64,000 nucleotides of DNA from Octopus sinensis. Taxonomy: Eukaryota. Numbering within the stretch: position 1 is the first letter of the stretch; each line of letters starts with the position of its first letter. The DNA lies in the NCBI RefSeq assembly GCF_006345805.1, contig NC_043019.1:23373360-23437359 (forward strand). Direction: 5' to 3'. The notes beneath the pieces were generated by a model. That model had not been told where the DNA came from. It did not search any database and saw only the letters and a program-made list of their open reading frames with translations. This document shows, one piece after another, positions 1 to 13,300 of this stretch. The position numbers were made by a program, and so were the translations under genes.

Positions 1-102
1 AATGAATGGGAGGAGGAGAGCCTTCCAAATGTTGACCCAGTAGAGGGACCAGCTATCCCAATAGACAGCTCCCTAGTAGATAAAGCAATTAAGGGTATGA
101 AG
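1..102 (+). mobile_element. RTE-type LINE ORF2 fragment
   Basis: Translates NEWEEESLPNVDPVEGPAIPIDSSLVDKAIKGMK, like the pre-RT segment of RTE LINEs. Confidence 0.6.
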
Positions 103-315
103 CCACAAAATTTCAGGCTTTGTGCCTTTAGTAGAAAGGATTATTATTATTATTATTATCATTATTCAGTAGTTTTATTTTTATAGCGTGCTTTCACTTC
201 ACTACCGAGTGCAGCTCTGTGTGCCTTGGGTATGTGCTGTGGTTTGTTGTGATGCTCTGATGGTTATTGTATGGAAAGTATTCTGCGTAGGATGTGTGCA
301 GTGCCTAGTAGTGCA

Positions 316-392
<77 letters not shown>
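316..392. repeat. (ATT)n(ACT)n microsatellite
   Basis: direct reading; source of the poly-L/poly-N ORFs. Confidence 0.97.
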
Positions 393-394
<2 letters not shown>

Positions 395-417
395 GGCCCT
401 TTGTTTTGTATTTCCAG

Positions 418-448
418 TGTTGATGCTGCTATACAGGAGTTTGCTAAA
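418..448 (+). CDS. RNGTT: RNGTT exon A: (S)[10 protein letters not shown]
   Basis: ttccag acceptor, gtaagt donor; corresponds to human SIEAAVATFAQ. Confidence 0.88.
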
Positions 449-2876
449 GTAAGTGACATAATCTATTTTACTTGTAACTTGCTTTCAATATCCCTCTGTC
501 TCTCCTCTCACTCTCTCTCTCTCTCTTTAACTAGCTTTCTATCCATCTTAACTTCATCAAGTGTATTTATAATAATCATTTTGTCTGCTGCTGCTGCTGT
601 TGTCTTTCTTCCTCTTCTTTCCTTCTCTCTTCTTCATCTCCCCTTCTCTCTCTCTCTCCCACTTTTCCTCCTTTTCTATCTTTCACCTACCTTTGGCTGT
701 CTATAATCTTGGTCTCTTCCTCACATTCTGTTTATCAATTTACATCTCTCTTGTTCTCTCTCTCTCTCTCTCTCTCCCCCCTCTCTCAGTCCTCCTCTCT
801 TGTGTATGCCTTCTGTCCATCTGTCTACCTATCTATTTCTTTACTGCCCACAAGGGGCTACACACAGAGGGGACAAACAAGGACAGACAAATGGACTAAG
901 TCGATTATATCGACCCCAGTGCGTAACTGGTACTTATTTAATCGACCCCAAAAGGATGAAAGGCAAAGTTGACCTTGGCGGAATTTGAACTCAGAACGTA
1001 GTGGCAGACGAAATACCGCTAAGCATTTTGCCCAGCGTGCTAACGTATCTGCTAGCTCACCGCCTGTCTACCTATCTATCTTCTTGTTTATGTTTCTCTT
1101 TCTTCCTTTCTCTCAATCCTCCTCTTTCATGTATGCAAGTCTATCTGTCTACCTACCTCCTATCTACCTGTTTCTTTCTCCCTCATTCCCCACTTTTCCA
1201 TCACCTCTCTCTTTTTCTCTTTCCTCCCAATACATTAACCTATCCATTTTCTCAAGCAGCTCTATATTCTCTGTCTCAAACCTATCCATACACGAAAAAA
1301 CCATTTTCTCTCTTTCAGTGCCGTCCTCCCGGAATATACAAACAGCATTATATCAATGATTTATTTCACCGTTATGGAGATAAAGAAGACATAATCTCTG
1401 CTCCTATTCTACCTGATTGGTGTCAGGGTAAGTCTTAAAAGAAATGACTTCAAATTTTTTAACCCACTTTTGATACCACCTAAGACCATCACTTCTAGTC
1501 TTTTCATTCCAAACTTCTAATTTTCTAGTATTTGTATTACTGACTGGCCTCTGCGCCAGTGGCACGTAAAAAGCACCATCCGATTGTGGGCCGTTGCCAG
1601 CCTCGTCTGGCCCCTGTGCTAGTGGCACATAAAAAGCACCATCCGATCGTGGCTGTTTGCCAGCCTCATCTGGCACCTGTGCAGGTGGCACGTAAAAAGC
1701 ACCCACTACACTCACGGAGTGGTTGGCGTTAGGAAAGGAATCCAGCTGTAGAAACACTGCCAGATCAGACTGGGCCTGGCGCAGCCTTCTGGCTTCCCAG
1801 ACCCCAGTTGAACCGTCCAACCCATGCTAGCATGGAAAACGGACGTTAAATGATGATGATGATGATGATGGTTTTTGTGTAAGAATCTTTAGCATAAACA
1901 ATGATACAGTTGATGCAAAAGAAGATATATTTGAAATGCATAGTTTCATCATCATCACCATCATCATCTTTTAACACCTTTTTTCCTTGTTGGCATGAGT
2001 TGAATGGTCTGACAGGAACTGGCAAGTCCAGGGGCTGCACCAAGTTCCTTAGTCTGTTTTGGCAAATTTTCTATGGGTGGATGCTCTTCCTAATGTCAAC
2101 ACTTCACAGTTTAAATCTTAAAGGGTTAAAATATCTTTCAATAAGTGTATAATGAAACTTAAAATTTATTTTTTTTTGTACAAAATAGGGATGCATCTTA
2201 TGTGAGAATACATCATCAAATATGGTATGCTGTTGTTTAGTCCAAGGGCAGCTCCCGTTCATCTGACTGGTGATCATACCCATTCCACCTGTGACCATCC
2301 CATATTTTGTTTTCAACATAGTGTTTCTGTGTCAGTTTCCTTTGCTATTTTTAAGATGGTAGCATGTGACTTGTTGGGGATTTAGCTGCTATTTGAAGCA
2401 GATTGAGGAATCACAGACTCCCCTATCTTGTACTGTATGCTTCTCTGTACAAGACAATATTTAAATCAATAAATACTACTGCAAATATATGTGGTAAGTA
2501 GCTTGCTAACCAACCACATGGTACCGGGTTCAGTCCCACTGCGTGGCATCTTGGGCAAGTGTCTTCTGCTATCGCCCCAGGCCGACCAATGCCTTGTGAG
2601 TGGATTTGGTAGACGGAAACTGAAAGAAGCCTGTCGTATATATGTATGTATATATATATGTGTGTGTGTATGTGTTTGTGTATCTGTGTTTGTCCCTCTA
2701 GCATTGCTTGACAACCGATGCTGGTGTGTTTACGTCCCCGTCACTTAGCGGTTTGGCAAAAGAGACCGATAGAATAAGTACTGGGCTTACAAAGAATAAG
2801 TCCCGGGGTCGATTTGCTCGACTAAAAGGCACTGCTCCAGCATGGCTGCAGTCAAATGACTGAAACAAGTAAAAGA

Positions 2877-2918
<42 letters not shown>

Positions 2919-4339
2919 CAAAATAAGAAAATGGAGAAATGCATCTAAATCAATTATCAACTACCAGATAATACCCAATCACATAATTTATCAAACCACT
3001 ACATATGAACATTAAGGTCAAACATATTAATATAGAACAAAACAGTGTACATGAAGGAGTAATATGGTACAATAAGTACAGTATGTATAAGAGAATATAA
3101 AAGTATAAATATAAATATAAACTACATCTTACAGCTGTTTCGGCCATGCAGATATGGGTGTCTCATTTTGCTCATATTAGCCATGTGTGATAGGTCAATA
3201 TGTAGTTATAAATGAGACACTTACAAAAATATCACAAGGCCTCTTCGGAGATTATGAAGTACAAACAAGGTCGAGAGTACATTATATTAATTTACAAAAT
3301 GTCATTCATATTAACATCATTACTATTATCATTACCACTATTGCTACTAATATCTCTATTATTATTATTAATAACACTAATACTAGCTCTGCATTTGAGT
3401 ATTAATATGTGTATGTTTTCTACATTGTAATATCATAATATTAAGTTGAAAAACTGTAACATTGAATATGGAACATATGTTTGTATATTGATTTATATTA
3501 TTATGTATATGTATATATATATGTATAGGAGTATGAGTATATGCACTCGTATGTATGTGTATATGATATATTATGGGTATGTACCCACACTTGTATGGGT
3601 GTACCTACTCTGATATTCATATCTAATTTAGTTTGTATTTCATAATCTCCGAAGAGGCCTTGTGATATTTTTGTAAGTGTCTCATTTATAACTACATATT
3701 GACCTATCACACATGGCTAATATGAGCAAAATGACACACCCATATCTGCATGGCCGAAACAGCTGTAAGATGTAGTTTATATTTATATTTATATTTTTAT
3801 ATTCTCTTATACATACTGTACTTATTGTACCATATTACTCCTTCATGTACACTGTTTTGTTCTATATTAATATGTTTGACCTTAATGTTCATATGTAGTG
3901 GTTTAATAAATTATGTGATTGGGTATTATCTGGTAGTTGATAATTGATTTAGATGTATTTCTCCATTTTCTTATTTTGTATTATTAATTTGTGGTAAAAC
4001 ATTTTACCTTTGCCCATATAATACAGTAAATGAATTAATTGCATCGCAATTCTTAACATTTATGTATTAACTTTGTTGGGTACTTCACTAGCAGTATATT
4101 GGATATATGTTATCCCATGGAGGGTTGCATTTACAACCCCTATCTTAATTTATATATATATATATATATATATATAGCAAATTAAGGAACAGCCATAATA
4201 GGCCGTTCAACCCACTTGAAATAACAGCCAAGGCTTCAACCGCAAAATAGTAGTAATTCCGTAAATCAGGAGAAAATTAAAAAAACATTTGCCCTTTCCA
4301 CTTTATACAATGCATTGTTTCATCGTTTTTTAATGGTAA

Positions 4340-4377
<38 letters not shown>

Positions 4378-7300
4378 CATATACACACATATAGTGTGAT
4401 GTCTGGACAGGGGATTGATTGAATCTGTAGAGCATTGGGAAAAAATACCTTGTGGTATTTTGGAATTTGGGAACATTCCTTTCCTTTCTGAATTCAAGTC
4501 CTGCCCAGATCTTTCCTTCTTTTGAGGTTGATAAAATACGAAGACCAGACAGATATAATTTTTGGGAATTGATACAATCGACTATAAATGTTAAAATTGG
4601 TGCTCCAGCATGGCCGCTGTCCAGTGAGTAAAACTAGTAATAAAGAATTCACAAGAATTCACAAGAATCCAGATGGTACCAAATACCATTGTCTTCTTAT
4701 GTCGTAGCTTGTAATATTCAAGGGTGTTTTTTTTTGTTTTTTTAATCTTTATTCAGAGTTCGATGACTCAGTAAAAGATAATGATGACATAGAAGAAGCC
4801 AACGGTGACCCCAGTCATGGCACACAGGCATCAATGCCAACCAGTGCACCAGGGAGGCACAAGAAGGAATTCTTCAAAAAGGTAATCAGCACTACTACTA
4901 CTATTACTACTGCAACTACTACTATCACCACCACCACCACCACTACTACTACTGCTGCTGCTATGACCACCACCACCATCACGACTACTACTACTACTAC
5001 CACCACCACCACCACCACTATTACCTATACTACTACTGCAATCACCACTATCACTACAACTACTACTACTACTGCAACCAAGACCACAACCAAGACCACA
5101 ACCACCACCACCTACTACTACTACTACTGCAACTAAGACTACTACTACCACCATCACCACCACTACCATTATTACTACTACAACTACGACCACTACTACT
5201 ACTACTGCAGTTACGACTACTACTACCACCATCACCACCACTACCATTATTACTACTGCAACCACAACGACCACCGCCACCACTACTACTATTGCAACTA
5301 TGACTACTACTAACCATCATCACTACCACTACCATTATTACTACTGCAACTACGACCACCACCACTACTACTACCATCATCACCACCACTACCACTATTA
5401 CTACTGCAACTACGATTACAACCACTACTACTACCACTATCACCACCACTACTACAACTACCACTACAACTAATATTACTACCACCACCACTGCTCTACA
5501 CCATTATCATTATGCATCCACATCCCATGCTGCCATGGGTTGCACAGATTAACAGGATCCAACTTGTTGTAGAACCACAGCTTTTGCCAATGTCTAAGTT
5601 TTGCCATGGTTTTCTATGACTGAATGCCCTTCCCAATGCCAACCACTTTACTGTACTTTGTACTTGCAGTGGCATTCACTTAAGGTGGGTTGAGCTGGCT
5701 CCGACCAATGAGTTTGCCATGTTCCTCATGAATGCTGTCCACATCCAACAGCCAGTTACAGTCAAGGCCAGCAGGTTCAGTAATGCTTCTGCCTGCAGCC
5801 CAAAAATCTGGCTTGTAAATTTGACAACTGCCCTCCTGGGAAAGCAAGCAATTCAGATAATACAGATACTGTAGCTGTTGAGGCATAGAATTCTTGTTCT
5901 TTACAGACTGTACTGACATTAGGTGCCTTTTTTGTTTTTTTCTTTGATGCACCAGCACCAGGGAGGTTACAAGACTTAAGGGATCTCTTGACCAAGGGGG
6001 AGAAAAGAAAAGAAGGGGTGACTTTCTGTAAGGTGTTGAGAGGTTGATGTATGATGTATTAAGGAGGCGAGCTGGCAGAATCATTAGCATACTGGACGAA
6101 ATGCTTAGTGATATTTCGTCTGCCGCTACGGTCTGAGTTCAAATTCCACCGAGGTCGACTTTGCCTTCCATCCTTTTGGGGTCGATAAATTAAGTACCAG
6201 TTATGCACTGGGGTCGATGTAATCGACTTAATACCTATGTCTGTCCTTGTTTGTCCCCTCTATGTTTAGTACCTTGTGGGTAATAAAGAAATAGATGTAT
6301 GATGGGAAGAACAGGGACAGGTCTATTATTGCAGAGGAGGGATGGATTGATGTCAGAAAGAGTAAAAGACGGTGGTGGCAAGATGCCTAAGCATGTTCTT
6401 AATGGCAACATGTCCAAGAAAGTAAATGAAGGGGAGCATGGAGACAGAAAGACGGATTGGATCAAGAGCTGGATAGGGAAATAAAGGTGGGAGGGAAGAA
6501 TGATTGATGAAATGAAATAGGGCTGATGATGTAGTGAGGTGTAGAAGGGAGTGAATGTAGGGAACCGTGAACAAGTGATGGGGTTATGTATAAAAATAAG
6601 ACATACACATTGTAAAACATACTTATTGACATAACTTCTGCTTTCAGAATGCCCAGTTCATGGAAGGTGTAAGAGGAGTATATGCTGTTGAAGACCAGTC
6701 CCTTCTGTCCAGCATACAGCGCAAATGCCAAGACATGTGTGGATGGAAGTTGTAAGTTGAGAAGGTTTTTTTTTAAAATTTATTTCATCTTTATAGTTGT
6801 CATTTTTTTTTAGTTGTTTATTTCTTTGAATATAATTTTCATTATCATTTAATCCTTTGTGGAGGTGCGTGGCTTAGTGGTTAGGGTGTCAGCACCATGA
6901 TCGTAAGATTGTGGTTTCGATTCCTGGACTGGGTGACGCATTGTGTTCTTGAGCAAAGCACTTTATTTCACATTGCTCCAGTCCACTCAGCTGGCAAAAA
7001 TGAGTAACACTGCGATGGACTGGTGTCCCAGCCATCTGGGGAACACATACACCATAGAAACAGGGAAACCGGGCCCATGAGCCTGGCTAGGCTTTAAAAG
7101 GGCGCATTTATTTGTGGAAGCATGTGGCTTAGTGGTTACTGTGTCAGCACCATAATCATAAGATTGTGGTTTCGATTCTCGGACTGGGCGACGCGTTGTG
7201 TTCTTGAGCAAAACACTTCATTTCACGTTGTTTCAGTCCACTCAGCTGGCAAAAATGAGTAACGCTGCAATGGACTGGCGTCCCGTCCAGCTGGGGATGG

Positions 7301-10300
7301 TTTAAAGGCTAAAGGTTTAATATTCACTTTACCATGCTTGCATGGGTCAGATGGAGTTTGAGGCAGATTTTCAACAACCAGGTGCCCCTCCTGTCCCCAA
7401 CCTTTGCTTGTTTCCAAGCAAGGTAATATTCCTCCATGGCCAGAAAATATTTTCCACCAAGGACTGGAGATGAATGACACCCCTTATATGACAGGAATGC
7501 TCATTTACAACCATAGCATGATATCAAAACACACACACACACACACAGTGAAATACTATGAGTCTGTTTATCAAATTCACTCACAGGGCTTTCCTTGGCT
7601 TTGGTATATTGTAGAAGAGACACTTGCCTAAGGTACTGCTGCTCAGTGGGACTGAAACCCAAGTCACATGACTGGGAAGCAAATTTCTTAACAACAAAAC
7701 CACACCTGCCCTCAAGTTAGCATTAATTACATTTAGTTGGTTTGACTGTACACAGGGACACTTTCTGCATGTTAAAACAGTATTGTATTTACTGATGATT
7801 TGTTTGGCTGTACTCAGGGACGCCTTCTGCATGTTAAAACAATAATTAGTGTAGATTGTATTTACTGGTAATTTGTTTTTGTTTTGTTTTCTTCAGTTCT
7901 GGGTTTCCTGGCTCCCAACCAGTGTCAATGGACATAAACAATCTCATCTACCTCAAGCAGAAACCATACAAAGTTAGCTGGAAAGCTGATGGAACAAGGT
8001 CAGTTAAACTCATTTCCATAGTGAACTGTTTGCTACACAACTACTACTAGTAGTAGTAGTGATGGTGTTTTATGTATGACTATCCATCCATCCATCTCTC
8101 TTTCTCTTTGTCTCTCTCTCGCTATATGTATATATATTATAGACACGTGTGGTCGTTGCCAGATCTAGTTGACTGGCTCTTGTGTCGGTGGCACGTAAAA
8201 AGCACCCACTACACTCTCGGAGTGGTTGGCGTTAGGAAGGGCATCTAGCTGTAGAAACTTTGCCCGACCAGATTGAGCCTGGTGCAGCCTCCTGGCTTCC
8301 TAGACCCCAGTTGAACCGTCCAACCCATGCCAGCATGGAAAGCGGACGTTAAACGATGATGATGATGATGATGACACACACACGCACATTGGTCTAGTGG
8401 TTAAGGTGTTGGACTCTTGGTTATGAATTTGTAAATTCAATTACTGGGGCAGGAGATTCATTATGTTTTCAAGCAGGGCACCTTTTTTCATGTTGTTTCA
8501 GTCTATTCAGCTAAAAATGAATACCAGTTAAGGATTCATGCAGCCCACCTTTCATATCTTCACTGCTGCATTTGGGTAAAGGGCAAGAGGGTCAAGAGAG
8601 TATCTATGCCTGCTTGTTACTATATGGACACCTAACACAATTAGCATATATGACTTGTTGCCTGCAAGTAATGGCTATTGTTCTGTGTGTGTGTCAGATC
8701 ATCATCATCATCATCCTTTTAACATCTGTTTTCCATGTTGGCATGGGTTGGACGGTTTGACCAGAGCTGGCAAGAGGAGTGCTGTACCAGGTTCCAGTCT
8801 TATTTGGCCTGGTTTCTATGGCTGGATGTCCGTCCCACTTTACAGTGTGTGCTGGGTCCTTTTTAACATAGCACTGGCATGCGTGCTTTTACAGGGTGCC
8901 CAGCACAAGTGCTATTATGTGATACTGACAAGGGTGTTTATGTAGTGCCAGCACAAGCGCTTTTAACGTGGCACCGGCACAGGCGTTTTTTTACATGGCA
9001 CTAGCACAAGGCTCTTGCAGGCCAATCCTATACACACACAGTATACTGTTCAACTATTTGCAGGATCATCAAAAATGTGCTCAATCCAGTTAGAGATAAG
9101 TATCATTTAATGAATACAGGAGTTATATCTGAGCTGCTTCAAGTTTCATCTTGGATAGTGCAGTAATCAGATGAGCTTGTACATGCATATAATGCATGAT
9201 CCAGCACCAGTTCATCACCATGCATGGTAAGCTGTACATGCTCATCTAATTACTGCACTATCCAACCATGAAACTTGAAATAGCTCGTGTATAACAGCTA
9301 TATTCATTAAATGATATGTGTGTGTGTGTGTATGTACATATAATCTTTTACTGATTTCAACCACTAGACTGTGGCCATGTTAGGGCACTGCCTTGAAGAA
9401 ACTTTTTTAGTTGAATTGATCGACCCCAATACATTTTTTTAAGCCTGGTATTTATGTATATGGATGTGTGTGTGTGTTTGTGTCTGTGTTAATCCCCACC
9501 GCCACCACCACTTGACAACCAGATCGGCAAAAGAGACTGATAGAATAAGTACCAGGCATAAAAACAAAAAAAAAGTACTAAAATTCCTCAAGGTGGTGTC
9601 CCAGCATCACTGCAGCCTAATGACTGGGGTAAAAGGAAGTTTATATTCACTTGTGTGACCATCATCTCTAATTTCAGGTACATGGCCCTAATAAATGGCC
9701 CTGACAACGTCTACATGATCGACCGTGACAACGCTGTGTTCCATGTACCCAATTTATTGTTCCCATCCCGGAAGATTCCATCAGAACATCTCACAGAAAC
9801 TCTTCTAGATGGTGTAAGTGAATAAATTACTGTTTCCTACATGTGTGATACAAAGTAGCTTTATTAGTACATCTTTATATGTCAATCTTCCTTTCCATTT
9901 TGTTGTAAATATGTCAGTCTCAGGACAAAAGACTCAATAGTTTCCATGCTATATATTTAGTCAGGTGTGACGCTGCATGGCCCAGTGGTTAGATTGTTGA
10001 GTTTACACTCATATGAGGTGGTATCAAAAGGTTCCAGGACCAGTTATGTTTAATAAAAGTAACTTATTTACCTAAGTTTTAACATCATTTCCTTTAAAAT
10101 AGTCACCTTGCGCAACAATACACTGGTCCCAGCATTCCTACCACTTTTGGAATCCAGCCTAGAAGTCGATTTCTGTAAGCGAACTGAAGACTTTCTGCAA
10201 TTCTCTCTGGATCTCGACAACGGTGTCAAAACACCGACCTTTGAGCTGCATTTTCATTTTGGGGAAGAGATGGAAGTCTACAAGTGCTAAATCTGGCAAA

Positions 10301-13300
10301 TAGGGCAAGTACGGAACCGGTACTGTGTTGGTTTTGGCGAAAAACTCATGAGTGAGGAAAGACCCAGTTGCTTTTGCCGAATATCCTCTCTCAAACGCTT
10401 CAAAACGTTGCAATAGAATTCTTGATTGGGAGTCTGCCCCCCCCCCTGGAGGACGAATTCTCAATGCACAATACCACATTTCCAGGGGTGACACTTGTGA
10501 CAGGTAAATCAGATCACTCCTCGTCTTTCAGGAACATTCTTCTGCTTTTGAAGCACCTGTGCAACTCGAAACATTGTATATGACCCATTGCCTTGTCACT
10601 GTAAGTTTGTCAAACCATTCCGACTGGCCTCCGTACCGGTGGCACGTAAAAAGCACCATCCGATCGTGGCCGTTTGCCTGCCTCGTCTCGCACCTGTGCA
10701 GGTGGCACGTAAAAAGCACCCACTACACTCACGGAGTGGTTGGCATTGGGAAGGGCATCAAGCTGTAGAAACACTGCCAGATCAGACTGGGCCTGGCGCA
10801 GCCTACTGGCTTCCCAGACCCCAGTTGAACCGTCCAACGCATGCTAGCATGGAGAACGGACATTAAACGATGATGATGATGCTCAATGTCTCTGTAGCAG
10901 ACTTCCCAAGTTTAACTCAAAATTTCACATTGGTTCTTTGTTATTGTCCATGACAAAATCACAGACTACAGCATATGCATGGTCACAAAAACACAAATTT
11001 CACAACTTACTAAGTATTTACAGCGACATCACTCATCACACTGCCTCATGATGGTCACTACTAGTTCTCACTGTGCACTGCCATCTGTTGGCACACTACA
11101 GAACTAGTCCCAGGAACTTTTTAATACCACCTCATAAGTTCCTTGATTTTATTCCTCAGCTGAGCAGCATGTCATGTACTTGAGCCAGGCACCTTGTTTT
11201 ACATTGCTTCAGCCTACTCGGTGGTAAGAAACTATCTGCACTACCACCACCACCATCATCCTCAAACTACTACCATCAGCATCATCACCCACCCACCACT
11301 ATTTCCACCAGCTCCACTACTACTACTACTACTATTATTATTATCATCCTTGCTGCCACTGCAATGGTGGTATTCATAGTACTAGTAGTGGAGATGGCAG
11401 CAATGGTGGTGGGTGATGATGATGCTGATGGTAGTGGTGGTAGTGTAGATATTTTCTTACAGAGGCACAAAGCTAACAACTTTGTGGGGGGGGGGGGGAG
11501 ATGAAGGGGGTGTGATACCCCCCCCCCCACTCGCTGCCACCACCAATCCTAGTATTTGATCAGTGATGTTTTATTTTGGTGTGGATAACAATAATGATTG
11601 TTATGATGATGATAATAGTTAATGGTGGTGGTGGTGGTGATGATTATGATAACGATGATGATGATGATGATTAACTCTATCTTTTCAGGAGATGATCCTT
11701 GACAAAGTCAACGATAAAGTGGTACCAAGATATTTAGTCTATGATATCGTCAAATTTATGGTAAGGTACATTGTCTTGTATATTAACCCCATCCTCCTTC
11801 CTTCAGCCCCACCCAGAACCTTCAAAAGAAATTTTGCCAAGCAAAGCAATAAAAACAAAACTTATTTCTAGTTCCTAGGCTCTGGAGTGGGTTGGTGGGG
11901 CCTTAGTGGCTATAAGATCCCTTCAAATATTCACTTGTTTCTCCTTATTTCTCTAGACCCCAGATAAGTATCCTGGTTGTATCTCACCCCTTCTTGTAGC
12001 CCAGATTAGTCTTAATTAAAGTCATTTGAACCACAACCAACTTGTTTCTCTTAGCATTGGTTCTTATTTCTAGCTCCCTGGATTGACCCTTTTGTTGCCA
12101 TATTTCTGTTGATAGACACTGCTTTTACTTCAATTAATTTTGAAAATAACTCTGTGTAACACAATTTTTCTCCTTGAGTAACGACTGTTATTTCCTATTT
12201 GCCTACCCCTAGAAAGTGTGAAAAATGGCTAATATTTCTTTAAAATTTTTCTTTTTGTTACATTTATTCAAATTCCCTCTCAACACATGGCTGTGATGCT
12301 CCCCCAGTACTCTTGCTCATGATCAGAAATGCACATATTGTCAGCCACTAAGGGACATGCCCCAGTGGTTAAGGTCAAGCACCTGATAAGCAAATCTGTG
12401 GTATTGAGCAGAATATTTGCTATAATGATATTCTTGCTTCGGCAACTCAGCACTGAATCTGTCTGAAATGTTATGGAAAATAGGTCAGTTTCAAAAAGCA
12501 AAGTTTGAAGGGAATAGTAGTCATTTCCTTTGATTTCTAGATAGAAGCAAATAGGAAATAACACTTACTGACCAGAGACAAAAGAAATTTTGTTACACAT
12601 TGTAACGAAGTATTTAATTAAATAACTTTTACATGATTAAGTTGATGTTTGGAACTGAAATTAATGTGAAAATTTGATGGCAGGTTTTAATTTAGAAAAT
12701 TTTAAAACAGGAAGTTTGTATCATAGAACCAGGGGCAGTATTGGGCAAGTTAGTATCAAATGGGTTAGTTCAGTGTGGGCAGGGGTCAGTTACAAACTGG
12801 TGCAGCTGATGGAGTGATGTTACTTGTGGTACAAGGCGGCGAGCTGGCAGAAACGTTAGCGTGCAGGGCGAAATGCTTAACGGTATTTTGCCTGCCGTTG
12901 CGTTCTGAGTTCAAATTCCGCCGAGGTCGACTTTGCCTTTCATCCTTTCGGGGTCGATAAATTAAGTACCAGTTACGCACTGGGGTCGATGTAATCGACT
13001 TAATCCGTTTGTCTGTCCTTGTTTGTCCCCTCTGTGTTTAGCCCCTTGTGGGTAGTAAAGAAATAGGTACTTGTGGTGATGGTGGTGGTGGTGGATGTCT
13101 GCACGTACCATTATCATCATCATTGTTTTAATGTTCACTTTTCCATGCTTGCATGGTTCAGACGGAATTTGTCAAGGCAGATTTTATAAGGCAACCAGAT
13201 CTCTTCCTGAGCCAGCCTTCACCTGTTTCCCAGCAAGGTCAGATTAGCTCCATGGCCAGGCATGTTCTCTATAGAAGAGCAGATATAAACATCACTTGTA

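Noticed and set aside
188-706. 172-aa poly-Leu ORF and overlapping poly-Asn/Ser ORF
   Set aside because: Products of (ATT)n/(ACT)n and CT-rich repeats; only 418-448 is a real RNGTT exon.
1404-1820. Recurrent ORFs [10 protein letters not shown]..., [10 protein letters not shown]... and ...[12 protein letters not shown] at many positions
   Set aside because: Translations of SINE families A, B and C, not a gene family.
2950-3947. Identical 65-aa ORFs on opposite strands (MAETAVRCS...)
   Set aside because: Consequence of the inverted repeat; no recognisable domain.
5680-6090. 136-aa minus-strand ORF with moderately complex sequence
   Set aside because: No family recognised and no convincing splice sites; could be a decayed LINE fragment. 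A tblastx/HMMER search would decide.
6861-6940. tRNA-like sequences here and at 14585, 43650-43720, 46349, 46860-46925
   Set aside because: A/B boxes are present, but the cloverleafs are imperfect and run into SINE bodies: SINE heads, not tRNA genes.
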